From Thermoanaerobaculia bacterium (GTDB lineage: Bacteria > Acidobacteriota > Thermoanaerobaculia > Gp7-AA8): 64,000 nt of DNA. The translations under genes and the position numbers were made by a program. The stretch spans positions 9,199-73,198 of the forward strand of contig DASPZU010000069.1 in NCBI GenBank assembly GCA_035636095.1. Direction: 5' to 3'. Shown here in pieces: positions 9,769-20,516 of the stretch (position 1 is its first letter; each line of letters opens with the position of its first letter). The notes under the pieces were generated by a model that was not told the origin of the DNA, ran no database searches, and saw nothing but the letters and a program-made list of their open reading frames with translations.

Positions 9769-10047
9769 CGTAAGGGCGCGCACCGCGCGCCCAACTCTTC
9801 AGACGGTAGAGAAATCTTGACGGCGAGGCCGCCGAGGTACTCTCGCTCGATGCTGACGAGTGCGGGCAGACCCTATCGTCGAACGATACGGCTGAAGGAT
9901 TTCAACTATCGAGGCGCGATCTATATTTGTGACGATCAACTTGCAACACCGTCGAACATACATCGCAGAGAATCCTCGACGGTGGCAGGATCGGCGGCGA
10001 GGTCTGTTGGCCCGATAGGTTGCGGGCGCGCGCTGCGCGCCCTTACC
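9769..10047. mobile_element. MITE-like orphan segment bounded by inverted GC hairpins (GTAAG-GGGCGCGCaccGCGCGCCC ... GGGCGCGCgctGCGCGCCC-CTTAC)
   Basis: 22-bp near-identical inverted termini at 9769-9792 and 10024-10047. Interior of about 230 bp is lower GC, non-coding, and has a TTGACG-N16-TACTCT promoter-like motif. Sits between convergent genes. Confidence 0.3.
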
Positions 10048-10579
10048 CGAACATCCACGTGCACACGGCGACCGCGACGATGGCCGCGACGAGATCGCCG
10101 ACCAGCGCTGCTGGAATCGCATGGCGTGTCCGCTTGACGCCGATCGCGCCGAAGTAGACCGCCAGCACGTAGAACGTTGTCTCCGATCCGCCGTAGATCG
10201 TCGCGGCCGTGCGGCCGATCAGCGAATCGGGCCCGAATTGTTTAACGATGTCGGTGGTCAGTGCCAGCGATCCGCTGCCGGAAAGCGTTCGAAGGATCAC
10301 GAGCGGGAAAATGTCGGGCGGAAAGCGCGTCGCGCGGAGCAATGGGGCAAGCGCAAAGGTGAGGATGTCCATCGCTCCGGAGGCGCGGAACATTCCAATC
10401 GCCACCAGAATCCCCACCAGGAACGGGATAATCCGCACAGCGACCTGAAATCCTTCCTTTGCGCCTTCGATGAAAACGTCGTAGACCTTGATGTTTCGAG
10501 CCATCCCGATGAGTGGGATGCCGACCAGGAGGACGGGGATCGCCCACAGCGAGATGGCGCCGAGGATCTGGCGAATCAT
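10043..10579 (-). CDS. spmB: spore-maturation protein B-like nucleoside-recognition membrane protein
   Basis: SpmB-like Gate-domain membrane protein. Overlaps spmA by 4 bp. Confidence 0.7.
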   Translation of the reverse strand: MIRQILGAISLWAIPVLLVGIPLIGMARNIKVYDVFIEGAKEGFQVAVRIIPFLVGILVAIGMFRASGAMDILTFALAPLLRATRFPPDIFPLVILRTLSGSGSLALTTDIVKQFGPDSLIGRTAATIYGGSETTFYVLAVYFGAIGVKRTRHAIPAALVGDLVAAIVAVAVCTWMFG

Positions 10580-11196
10580 TGTGGAGCGCCGCTGACCTCA
10601 GCGGCGGCGTTCTCCTGGTACGGAAAGAATCGCTGCAGGATCTTCGAGGTCGTCACTGCGGCGATCGCGCCGCATACTGTCGCGATGACGGTGGTGGAGA
10701 TGATCGCCGTCGGATTCTTCGATCCCGACGCCGCGAGAACTCCGATGATCGTGGCGGGGATGAATTGAATGCCGGCGGTATTCAGTGTCATGAACGTCAC
10801 CATGGCGTTCGATGCTGTTTCTTTCTGCGGATTGAGCTCCTGCAGCTCCTCCATCGCTTTGATGCCCAGAGGCGTAGCGGCATTCGAGAGGCCGAGCATG
10901 TTGGCGGCGATATTCAGGATCATCGCGCCGACTGCCGGGTGGTCGGGCGGGATCTCGGGGAAAAGCAGCCGGCTGATCGGACGCAGCGCGCGACCGAGAA
11001 GCGAGATCAGGCCCGCCTTTTCCGCGACCCGCATGATGCCGAGCCACAGCGTCATGATGCCGACCAGGCCGAGCGCGATCTCGACCGCCGTCTTTGCAGA
11101 ATCGACGCCGCCCTTGGTGAGCGCAGCCGCAGTTCCGTTGAACGCGGCGACCAGCAAGGCGATCGCCATCAGGGCGAACCAGATGTAGTTGAGCAT
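10576..11196 (-). CDS. spmA: spore-maturation protein A-like nucleoside-recognition membrane protein
   Basis: SpmA-like Gate-domain membrane protein. Confidence 0.7.
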   Translation of the reverse strand: MLNYIWFALMAIALLVAAFNGTAAALTKGGVDSAKTAVEIALGLVGIMTLWLGIMRVAEKAGLISLLGRALRPISRLLFPEIPPDHPAVGAMILNIAANMLGLSNAATPLGIKAMEELQELNPQKETASNAMVTFMTLNTAGIQFIPATIIGVLAASGSKNPTAIISTTVIATVCGAIAAVTTSKILQRFFPYQENAAAEVSGAPQ

Positions 11197-11201
11197 GCGC
11201 G

Positions 11202-13124
11202 ATGTTAACCTGCGGGCCGATGCGCAAGCTCCTCATTCTGTTCGCGCTGAGCGCATGCGCGAAAGTCGAGACGCCGCCTCCCCGCCCGTCAATTCTGCTC
11301 ATCACCCTCGACACCACGCGCGCTGACGCGATGCGGCCCGAGGTCGCGCCGAATTTCACCGCCATCGCGAAGCGCGGCTTGCGATTCACGCAGGCCTACA
11401 CACCTGTTCCGCAAACCCTGGCCGCGCATTGTTCGATGATGACCGGACTTTATCCGGCGGGTCACGGCGTGCACGAGAACGGACGCTATCTCTCCGATCG
11501 CGTTCCCGTGCTGGCCGAGGAAATGAAGGCGGCCGGTTATCGAACAGCGGCGTTCGTTTCTGCTTTTGCGCTGGCACGTCGATTCGGCCTGGGGCGCGGT
11601 TTCGACGTTTACGACGAGGATTTCGGCGACGGCCGCGCCGAGCGGAACGCCAAGGAGACGACTGACCGAGTGGTCCAGTTTCTGACTCATCAGTCAGGTG
11701 CTCCGCTCTTCCTGTGGGTGCATTACTACGATCCGCACTTTCCCTACACTCCCCCGCCGCCCTTCCACGGATACCACGGCGAAGTCTCGTTCATGGATCA
11801 GCAGCTCGCGCGCGTCGTATCGGCGTTTCGGGGCGCGGTCATCATCGTCGGCGACCACGGCGAGGGGCTCGGCGAGCACGGCGAGGCACAGCACGGCGAT
11901 CTTCTGTATCAGGCGACGATGCACGTGCCGCTGTTGTTGATCGGACCGGGCATCAGTCCGGGCGCGACCGACACGCCGGTGAGCACGCGCCGCGTGTTTC
12001 ACACCATCCGCGACTGGGCGGGCCTCGATGCGACGCATTCACTGCGGCGCAGCGAAAACGAAGTCGTGGTCGGCGAAGCGATGAAGCCTTTCCTCGATTA
12101 CGGATGGCAGCCGCAGGTCATGGCGCTGGAAGGGCGGCTGAAGACGATCTCGGCGGGAAAGATCGAAGTCTACGACGTCGTCGCCGATCCGGCGGAAGGG
12201 CACGATCTTTCGTCATCGGCGAATCTTTCGCGTCCGGTTCGCGCCGCGATTCAGCAGTATCCGATTCCGTCGTTCGCTCCGCCGCCGAACGATGAAGAGT
12301 CGCACAAACAGCTTGCAAGCCTCGGCTACGTCGCATCGGTGGCCAGGCCGGTCGTGCGAAAAGATGCGCCGCGGCCCGCCGAGATGGCGCATCTTTTTCC
12401 GCTACTCGACGAGGCCGCGCATCTGTTCGTGGAGGAGCGCTATCGCGAGGCCATTCCGCTGCTGGAGCGGATTCTCAAAGATGATCCGCACAATCTCGAT
12501 TCGGCGCTTCGGCTCGCTACCGCGGAATCTTCCCTCGGTCACGACGCAAAAGCCGTGGCCGCATTTGAGAAAGCGCAGGCGATCGATCCGAGTTCAGAAG
12601 ACGTCCGCACCTACCTCGGTCTGCACTACGCCCGCGGCAAGAATTGGCAAAAAGCAGCTCCGCTTCTCGAGGAAGTTGTTGCGAAGAATCCCGCGCGTCT
12701 CCCGGCTGTGGAAGGGCTAGCGATGATTCGCGAGCGACAAGGCCGGCTCGAGGATGCCATTCGACTTCGACAACAGATCCATGCGCAGCGCACGCCGACG
12801 GCCGCGGAGCTCGTTCGCCTCGGCAGGATGGCCATGGCCGTCGGGCAAACGTCGGTCGCCATCGATGCATTCGAGAAAGCCCACAGCGATCACGACCTCG
12901 AATTAGGCGTGCTGTATCTGGCCGCAGGACGGCTTCAGGAAGCTCGCGACGCGCTCGACCGCGTTCCGCAGACGAGTCCCGATTATCCGATGGCGTCGTT
13001 CAAGCGCGCGCAGGTCAGCGTGCTGCTGCATGAACCGGATGCGTCGGCGCACATCGAGAATGCGCGACAGCACGCCGATGCGACCACCAGAGAGTTGATC
13101 GCGCGCGAACGTTTGTTTCGGTAA
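11202..13124 (+). CDS. sulfatase (alkaline-phosphatase superfamily) fused to C-terminal TPR repeats, lipoprotein
   Basis: SILLITLDTTRADAM ... CSMMTGLYPAGHGVHENG ... GDHGE sulfatase motifs, then TPR-like helices. Probable start MRKLLILFALSAC at 11220. Confidence 0.75.
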   Translation: MLTCGPMRKLLILFALSACAKVETPPPRPSILLITLDTTRADAMRPEVAPNFTAIAKRGLRFTQAYTPVPQTLAAHCSMMTGLYPAGHGVHENGRYLSDRVPVLAEEMKAAGYRTAAFVSAFALARRFGLGRGFDVYDEDFGDGRAERNAKETTDRVVQFLTHQSGAPLFLWVHYYDPHFPYTPPPPFHGYHGEVSFMDQQLARVVSAFRGAVIIVGDHGEGLGEHGEAQHGDLLYQATMHVPLLLIGPGISPGATDTPVSTRRVFHTIRDWAGLDATHSLRRSENEVVVGEAMKPFLDYGWQPQVMALEGRLKTISAGKIEVYDVVADPAEGHDLSSSANLSRPVRAAIQQYPIPSFAPPPNDEESHKQLASLGYVASVARPVVRKDAPRPAEMAHLFPLLDEAAHLFVEERYREAIPLLERILKDDPHNLDSALRLATAESSLGHDAKAVAAFEKAQAIDPSSEDVRTYLGLHYARGKNWQKAAPLLEEVVAKNPARLPAVEGLAMIRERQGRLEDAIRLRQQIHAQRTPTAAELVRLGRMAMAVGQTSVAIDAFEKAHSDHDLELGVLYLAAGRLQEARDALDRVPQTSPDYPMASFKRAQVSVLLHEPDASAHIENARQHADATTRELIARERLFR

Positions 13125-13166
13125 CGCTTCCGCCGCAACGGGAACTCACATTGCGGAGGAAGTCAC

Positions 13167-13640
13167 ATGAGAACCGTTCGCTTCGCGTTTTTCGCGTTGG
13201 GAGTAACCGTCGCGGTCAGTGCTGCTACCCCGCCCTACGATTACTTCGTCAGCCTCTATCAGCCACCCGGAACAACTCAGGTCGCCGTCAACCTCGGCAA
13301 CAATGCGTTCACTGGCGCGGCGCCGGCCGGTCCCGCCTACAACGCGTACGTGCGGGTGTCGAATGCCGCTGGCCAGGTTTGTACCGCGGAGGATGGACAG
13401 GCACCCCCGATTCCGACCGGCAAGGCGTGGGGGGCGTACCTATTCAAGGTGACGTATCCAAAGATCGTCGGCGGACCCCTCAAGAAGGGGACGACGACGT
13501 ACACGATTACGGCAGCGATCAATCCCGAACACTTCGACGCCGACAAAAATCATTCGAACAACATGGCGACACAGACTTTCACCTTTCCGGCCGGTGGAAC
13601 AGCTTCGTGCACGCCACTGCCCCGTCCGACATTTCACTGA
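13167..13640 (+). CDS. small secreted protein, CARDB-like (tentative), paralog of 3731-4240
   Basis: Signal peptide MRTVRFAFFALGVTVAVSA. GGAGGA RBS. Shared motifs with 3731-4240. Confidence 0.55.
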   Translation: MRTVRFAFFALGVTVAVSAATPPYDYFVSLYQPPGTTQVAVNLGNNAFTGAAPAGPAYNAYVRVSNAAGQVCTAEDGQAPPIPTGKAWGAYLFKVTYPKIVGGPLKKGTTTYTITAAINPEHFDADKNHSNNMATQTFTFPAGGTASCTPLPRPTFH

Positions 13641-13643
13641 AAA

Positions 13644-13680
13644 TAAAAAGGCCCGGCGTCGCCGCCGGGCCTCTTCGCGA
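13644..13680 (-). terminator. rho-independent terminator (GGCCCGGCG-tcgc-CGCCGGGCC followed on the minus strand by TTTTTATTTT), possibly bidirectional
   Basis: Direct reading. Lies 3' of the minus-strand TonB receptor and 3' of the plus-strand ORF at 13167. Confidence 0.7.
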
Positions 13681-13693
13681 GATTTCAATCGTC

Positions 13694-16600
13694 TCAGAAC
13701 TGAACGCGAGCTGTGAGCTGGAACCGGCGCGGTGCGTAGTGCGACTGTGCGAAGGGCGCTCGCACCGCCCAATCCGCGCGGTTGAATGTTGCGTTCGGCG
13801 AGAGCAGCGGCTTCAGCACTGCATCGGAAATCGAATCCGGAATCGGAACGGTCTTCGTCGTCGAGTTCTGCGTGATGTTGACGAAGCCGAGAGAGTTCGT
13901 CGAAACCGCCGTTCCTGTACCGATGCGCGTCTCGAAGTTGTAGCCGGTCTGCCTGTTCAGCAGATTGAAGACGTCGGCCGCCAATTGGAAGTTGAGACCC
14001 TTGGGCAGCCGGAAGCTCTGCGTGTAGTTGAAGTCGAATTGGTAATGCGACGGCGAGGTGCGGTTCCCAGCCGGTTCTGCGTAGCGGTTCGTATCGCTCG
14101 CTGACGTCGTGAACTGACGGTACGGCAACACGCTCTCGAGCTGATAGGGCTGGCCGGTCTGGTATAGGAAGAACAGGCCGCTCGTCGCCTGCCAAGGAAG
14201 CGCATACGTACCGTTGAGTTTCAGATTGTTGCGACGGTCGCCGCGAAGGTTTCCGTACTTCATGTTCCACAACTGCCGGCCCGGTCCATCACCGATGTTC
14301 GATGAACCAATGAAGATGGCCGCGTCATTAGCAAAGCTGAACGAGGAGTTGTCCTGGTCGAAGTTTCCGTAGTAGTGGCTCCAGGTGTACGAGCCGCCGA
14401 CGGTCAAATTCCGCGCGCGGTACTCCGACTCCGCGGTGGCCTCGTAGTACTTCGTGAAGGCGCCGTCGAGATTGGCGATGACGTAAGTCGAACCGCTGCC
14501 GATCGCGCCACGAATCGTGTTCGGGCCGCAGGTCGCAATTCCGGTATTGCAAAGGTTCGGAACGTAGTCCGTGGTTGGGATTCCCGCGGGCGCTCCGAAA
14601 TCGGCGCGAGCGGTGTTGTTGGTGTCCTCGAGGTAGTGATCGCCCTTGCGGTAGCGTGTGTAGAGGCGCGACGACCAGTTCGAGCTAATCTGGCGGCTCG
14701 TGCCGATCATGAACTCCTTGATCTCGGGATGCTTGATCCCGTCCTGCCACCACTTGCCGGACGACGACGCATTCGGCGCGATGCCAAGCAGATTGGCGTT
14801 CTGGTCGAAGTAGACATTGAGCTGCTGGACGAGATTGCGGTCCCACGATGCGGCGCGGGCGTCGGAATTCGCCGGGGGCATGTAGCGTGCGAAGCTCGCC
14901 CACACCGTGCCCGACGGGTTGTACGCCCACGTCGCGCCGAGGCGCGGCTGGATCATGTCCCCGAAGCTGAATCGGTGCATGAGGTACTTCGTGCCGGGCG
15001 ATGCGATGAAGCCGGCGACGTTGTCCGCCTTCTTCAAACCCTGTCCGTAAAGCGTGTCCTGGCTATCGAGGACGCCGACGTTGAACGTCCAGTTGTTGAA
15101 GTGGATCGTGTCGTTGAGCTCCAGGTTTGTGGTGTGGATCTCGGAGTGAATCGTCGGAACGCCGGTGGCACCCTGCTGACTGACCTGCGCGCGGAAGTAC
15201 GAATTGGTGGCCGTCCCGCAAACGGTTGCCGGGCACACCGTGCCCGCCGCACCGGTCCCTGCCGGTACGTCGATGACTCCCCATCCGTTCGACAACTGAA
15301 ACCGATCCTCGGAATCCTTGAGTTGCTGGAAGCCGATGTGCAGGTCATTCGCGACATTCGTTCCCAGCGTGTAGTTGTAACCGGCCTGCCCGGCCTTACG
15401 ATAGAAGCTGTCGTCGTCGCGCGAGAACTGTCCGAAGCCGACCGTCCCGCCGCCGGTCTTCGCACCCGGAGTGCAATTGAGATTGAGCTGCGCCGGGTTC
15501 TGCGGGCAGATGAATCCATATTGATTCACGAACGGCGCGACGAATGCGCTTTGCGCCGCATTCGACGAGATTGGGCTCGGAATGATGAGACGTCCCTGGT
15601 TCGCGAGCTGCGTGATGTCGAGGTGTGTGCCCTTCGCGAAGTTCGGAACAACGGAGGCGACATTTGACGCCGTGCCTGTTCCCGGATTGCGGTAGTCATA
15701 AACCTTTGCGGTCGCGAAGCTCTTCGGGTTAATAACCCACGAGCCCTCGAGGGTGCCGATCTTTAGTTTGACCTTCGAGTCGGTGCCGGTCGTCGCGGCC
15801 TGTGTCGAACCGAATGACGACGGCGTTTCATCAGTCTTTGAGTCGCGATAGCTTCCGTTGATCAGCAGCGATCCGAGCGGTGTGAAGGTAGCTTTGCCGA
15901 ACCAGTCCGTCCGCTTCAGCTCGTACTTCGGCAGATCGCCGTAGACGTTCGCCTGATTCGACTTCGTGAACTGCGGACGGTAGTAGGAGCCGTAGAAATA
16001 GAGCCGGTCGCGGAGGATCGGACCGCCGGCGTTCACGGTCGCCCACGTGCGGTCCTGCTGATAGGTCAGGATCTGCGATCCGCTCTGATTCGCGATGAAG
16101 TTCTTGTTCAGCACTTCGTAACTGGCTTCGCCGGTGAGCTTGTTCGTTCCCGACTTCGTGACAGTGTCGATCTGGAAGCCGCCGGCGCGATCGAAGTCCG
16201 TCGCCTTCGCGCCGCCGCGAATGACGGTGACCTGCGCGATGTCGTGATTGTTGGGATCGGACGATGTCGCATTCAGGACGCCGAACAGCGGCATGGTGAT
16301 ATTCACGCCGTCGAACAAGTACACGTTGTCCTGACCGCTCGCGCCGGCGCTCGGGCCGCGGAACGTGTCGGGGTTGTACATGACGCCTGGGATGAATTTC
16401 TGGAGGTCGCTGTAATTCTGCGTGATCGGCAACTGGCGGATCTGATCGCTCGTCAAGCCGCTCTGCAGCGCGGTCGACTCTTTATCGACCAGCGTGGCCG
16501 CGGCGGTGACAGTGATTGTTTCGGCCACCCCCTGCAGTCCGAGCTTCACGTCGGCGACCACGTTTTGCGAAAGAACGACTGTCGCCTTCCGTGTCACGGT

Positions 16601-16858
16601 CTGCATCCCGGCGAGACTGTATGTGACGGTGTAATCGCCCGGCACGAGTGCCGGAAGCCTGTAATCCCCGTTCGTGTCGGTGGTGGTGAGGCGAGGCTGG
16701 GGCAGCACGTTGGACCGCGCTTCGATAGTGACACCCGGGAGCGCCGAGTTATCGGTGGCGGTCACTCGGCCGCTGATCGAGCCGGTTTGCTGGCCCAGGA
16801 GTGCGGTACAGCAAAGTAATGTGATGACGAAGATGCATAGCGGAGCACGCAAGCGCAT
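13694..16858 (-). CDS. TonB-dependent receptor with carboxypeptidase-regulatory-like N-domain
   Basis: Signal peptide. CarbopepD_reg-like segment (ISGRVTATDNSALPGVTIEA..TDTNGDYRL). Plug (DNVYLFDGVNI). Long beta-barrel with C-terminal F. AAGGAGAG RBS. Confidence 0.85.
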   Translation of the reverse strand: MRLRAPLCIFVITLLCCTALLGQQTGSISGRVTATDNSALPGVTIEARSNVLPQPRLTTTDTNGDYRLPALVPGDYTVTYSLAGMQTVTRKATVVLSQNVVADVKLGLQGVAETITVTAAATLVDKESTALQSGLTSDQIRQLPITQNYSDLQKFIPGVMYNPDTFRGPSAGASGQDNVYLFDGVNITMPLFGVLNATSSDPNNHDIAQVTVIRGGAKATDFDRAGGFQIDTVTKSGTNKLTGEASYEVLNKNFIANQSGSQILTYQQDRTWATVNAGGPILRDRLYFYGSYYRPQFTKSNQANVYGDLPKYELKRTDWFGKATFTPLGSLLINGSYRDSKTDETPSSFGSTQAATTGTDSKVKLKIGTLEGSWVINPKSFATAKVYDYRNPGTGTASNVASVVPNFAKGTHLDITQLANQGRLIIPSPISSNAAQSAFVAPFVNQYGFICPQNPAQLNLNCTPGAKTGGGTVGFGQFSRDDDSFYRKAGQAGYNYTLGTNVANDLHIGFQQLKDSEDRFQLSNGWGVIDVPAGTGAAGTVCPATVCGTATNSYFRAQVSQQGATGVPTIHSEIHTTNLELNDTIHFNNWTFNVGVLDSQDTLYGQGLKKADNVAGFIASPGTKYLMHRFSFGDMIQPRLGATWAYNPSGTVWASFARYMPPANSDARAASWDRNLVQQLNVYFDQNANLLGIAPNASSSGKWWQDGIKHPEIKEFMIGTSRQISSNWSSRLYTRYRKGDHYLEDTNNTARADFGAPAGIPTTDYVPNLCNTGIATCGPNTIRGAIGSGSTYVIANLDGAFTKYYEATAESEYRARNLTVGGSYTWSHYYGNFDQDNSSFSFANDAAIFIGSSNIGDGPGRQLWNMKYGNLRGDRRNNLKLNGTYALPWQATSGLFFLYQTGQPYQLESVLPYRQFTTSASDTNRYAEPAGNRTSPSHYQFDFNYTQSFRLPKGLNFQLAADVFNLLNRQTGYNFETRIGTGTAVSTNSLGFVNITQNSTTKTVPIPDSISDAVLKPLLSPNATFNRADWAVRAPFAQSHYAPRRFQLTARVQF

Positions 16859-16911
16859 CGATCTCTCCTTCTGCTAAAAAAAAGTGACGAGCTGCGCGGG
16901 ATTCTACACCG

Positions 16912-17933
<1,022 letters not shown>

Positions 17934-17937
<4 letters not shown>

Positions 17938-18032
17938 CCTCTCCCCGCTTCGCGGGGCGAGGGACCTCGAGATCGTCCGAGATCCTTCTCCCCGCCTGCG
18001 GGGAGAAGGTGCCGCGAAGCGGCGGATGAGGG
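17934..18032. repeat. GC-rich REP-like multi-hairpin element (family F copy 1): CCACCCTCTCCCCGCTTCGCGGGGCGAGGG ... CTTCTCCCCGCctgcGGGGAGAAG ... GCCGCgaaGCGGC
   Basis: Direct reading. First 30 nt identical to the copy inside leuS (52573-52662). Confidence 0.85.
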
Positions 18033-18037
18033 GCTCT

Positions 18038-19315
18038 TCACGCCCTCTGCTCTTCTTCGATTTCCTGCCATTCCGGATCGCGCGTCACTTTTACGCGGTA
18101 GATACGGCGACGGTCGGCGCGGTCGACCTCGAATCGATATCCGTTCTTGCTGATCACCGTCCCGGCTTTCGGAACGCGTCCTAGGGTCGTGAAGATCATT
18201 CCGGCGACAGTTTCGTAATCCTCGCCTGCGAAGCTGGCATCGAGCATCTCTTCCAGCGTGTCGATGGGAAGCATGCCGCTGATCAGGTATTCGTCGTTTC
18301 CGAGATCGACCACCGTCGCTTCGACCGACTCGTGCTCGTCGGCAATCTCCCCGACGATGTCCTCGACGATGTCTTCGATGGTGATCAAGCCGGCCGTCCC
18401 GCCGAACTCGTCGACCACGATGGCCAACTGCATGTGCTCGCTCTGAAATTCGCGCAGCAAGTCGGAGACCTTTTTCGTCTCCGGGACGAAGTAAGGCGGA
18501 CGCGCGAGATCAGCGACCGTTTTCGGCTCCTTTCTCATGACATAATCAAATACATCTTTAATGTGTACAATTCCTGTGATGGCGTCGATGCTCTCCTGAT
18601 AGATCGGAATTCGTGAGAATTTCGATTCGCTGAATAGCCGCGCCAGTTCATCCAGCGACTTGCGTGCATCGAAGGCCAGCATGTCGATGCGCGGCGTCAT
18701 CAGCTCGCGCGCCATGCGATCGCCGAACTCCACCACCGAGGCGATCATCTTCCCTTCGCTGGGCTCGAGGATCCCTTCCTCCTCCCCCACGTCGATGAAG
18801 GCCTGCACCTCTTCGTCAGTCACCGTCTCCGGCTCCGCCTCTTCCTCTTCCTGACGATCGAGGCGCGCGAACATGCGTCGCATCGGAAAGAGCACCGGCC
18901 AGAATAGGTAGTAGAAAAAATGCGAGAACGGGATCATGTGTTTCAGCGCGATCTCACCGATGTCATCCGGCACGAGCGCAAGGCCGAACTTCCACAGAAT
19001 CACGATTGCCAGCCACAGGCCTCCCGCGATCGCGACGGCACGAGCGATCGGGCGCGGCTGAACCGCCATCACGGTGCATGCAAACGACACCACCAGCGCG
19101 GTCTGCAGAAGCGCGCCGCTCATGAGCTGCAGGTTGCGCGGATCGTAGGAAAACCAGCGGCTGCCGCGCTCCAGCTCCGGATCGCCGCTCCATCGTCGGA
19201 GCGTGACCGCGCTGACCTGCTGCGCGAAATGGCGGACGGCATCGAAGAGGAGGTAGAAGACGCCGCTGACGACGGTCGCGGCAATCCATTCTCCGTGCGA
19301 GAGGCTACTTCCCAT
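18038..19315 (-). CDS. corC: CNNM/CorC-family protein (DUF21 TM + CBS pair + CorC_HlyC)
   Basis: Domain order is evident from the translation. Confidence 0.8.
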   Translation of the reverse strand: MGSSLSHGEWIAATVVSGVFYLLFDAVRHFAQQVSAVTLRRWSGDPELERGSRWFSYDPRNLQLMSGALLQTALVVSFACTVMAVQPRPIARAVAIAGGLWLAIVILWKFGLALVPDDIGEIALKHMIPFSHFFYYLFWPVLFPMRRMFARLDRQEEEEAEPETVTDEEVQAFIDVGEEEGILEPSEGKMIASVVEFGDRMARELMTPRIDMLAFDARKSLDELARLFSESKFSRIPIYQESIDAITGIVHIKDVFDYVMRKEPKTVADLARPPYFVPETKKVSDLLREFQSEHMQLAIVVDEFGGTAGLITIEDIVEDIVGEIADEHESVEATVVDLGNDEYLISGMLPIDTLEEMLDASFAGEDYETVAGMIFTTLGRVPKAGTVISKNGYRFEVDRADRRRIYRVKVTRDPEWQEIEEEQRA

Positions 19316-19336
19316 CGGGCGTGGGGCGGAATTCTA

Positions 19337-19798
19337 TCAACTGAGGAAGAGCGCAACTATGGCAACAACAAGTGCCGATTTCATCAGTAGTTCCGCGCGA
19401 TGATGAAGCTTTCCGAACACGGCGGCGTCCCCCCGATTCCGCTCCATCGCCGGTTCGAGATAGGCAATTTCGTAAACGACGGTCAGGGCAAGCAGCGCGA
19501 TCGCGACCCATCGAACGGCGATCCAGGGACTCTCGGCATTGCGCTCCCACCCGACATACTTCGCGGCCGCGCCTGTGATGATCAGGACCACGGCGATGAC
19601 TCTTAACCGCGAGAACCGGCGCAGCGTCGGACCGAAAATTGCCCCCGCCTCCGCCCTCGGAAGGGCCTTGAACAGGGCCGGCGCGACCAGGGCACCGAGG
19701 GCGATGCTTCCTCCGATCCAGAGGGCCAGGCCAACTTGATACAGGAAATTGATCGCTAGATACGACCAGTTTGGCATACTGAAGGCTAACAGCTTCAT
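19337..19798 (-). CDS. DUF4149-like small membrane protein
   Basis: Four hydrophobic helices. Start taken at MKLLAFSMPNW. ORF track over-extends to 19939. Confidence 0.55.
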   Translation of the reverse strand: MKLLAFSMPNWSYLAINFLYQVGLALWIGGSIALGALVAPALFKALPRAEAGAIFGPTLRRFSRLRVIAVVLIITGAAAKYVGWERNAESPWIAVRWVAIALLALTVVYEIAYLEPAMERNRGDAAVFGKLHHRAELLMKSALVVAIVALFLS

Positions 19799-20447
19799 GA
19801 CCGCGTTGCTCCTCATCACCGCCCTGACAATCCAGACCAACACGCTGGTGCTGCGCACCGGAGATCGCATTGCAGTGGAGGGAGTGGTGCGCGTGGACGG
19901 CCCGCAAGTTCTCTTCCGAGCCGGTGGCGCGCTGTACACGATTCCGACGCAAGACGTCGACCTCGATGCCAGTCGCAGCGAAGTGTTGCCGGCACCGATT
20001 CGGGCAGAGACACGGGGAAGGTTGCGCGTGACGCCTGAAGAGCGCGATCGGCTGCTTCGCGATCTCGAGCAGAATCACACCGGAACTGCGCCGCCTCCCG
20101 CGCCGCTCGAGGTTGTCGCTTCGCAAGCTCCTTACGAGCGACGACAGATCAACGAGGACGAGTGGTCTTGGCGGAATCGGGTCCACGCTTACGAAGAAGA
20201 CATCCGTCGCGCTCAGGAAGACGTCGATTACCTGGAGAACAAAGCGCAAGCCCTCAAGGCCCACATCGCCGGTCTTCTGTCCCTCGGATTCAAACCGAGT
20301 CAGTTTACATACGACACGACGCTGCTCGTGAACACGGTCGACCAGATTCCGCGCGCGCAACTCGAAGTCGTGCGCGCACAGCGGCTGTACGACCAATTCC
20401 GCGACGACGCGCGCAAGCAGGGCGTGACGCCGGGCTGGCTGCGTTAG
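19797..20447 (+). CDS. hypothetical secreted protein
   Basis: MTALLLITALTIQ signal-like N-terminus, then a charged coiled-coil-like region. Confidence 0.45.
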   Translation: MTALLLITALTIQTNTLVLRTGDRIAVEGVVRVDGPQVLFRAGGALYTIPTQDVDLDASRSEVLPAPIRAETRGRLRVTPEERDRLLRDLEQNHTGTAPPPAPLEVVASQAPYERRQINEDEWSWRNRVHAYEEDIRRAQEDVDYLENKAQALKAHIAGLLSLGFKPSQFTYDTTLLVNTVDQIPRAQLEVVRAQRLYDQFRDDARKQGVTPGWLR

Positions 20448-20460
20448 CGCGCTTCGCGGG

Positions 20461-20514
20461 CGTTGTCGGTTGTCGGTGTTCGGTTGTCGACAACTGACAA
20501 CCGACAACTGACAA
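20461..20514. repeat. heptamer-palindrome element family D: (GTTGTCG/G)x4 abutting (CAACTGA/CAACCGA)x4, centred on GTCGAC
   Basis: Direct reading. Loopless 54-bp palindrome between convergent genes. Confidence 0.85.
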
Positions 20515-20516
20515 CG

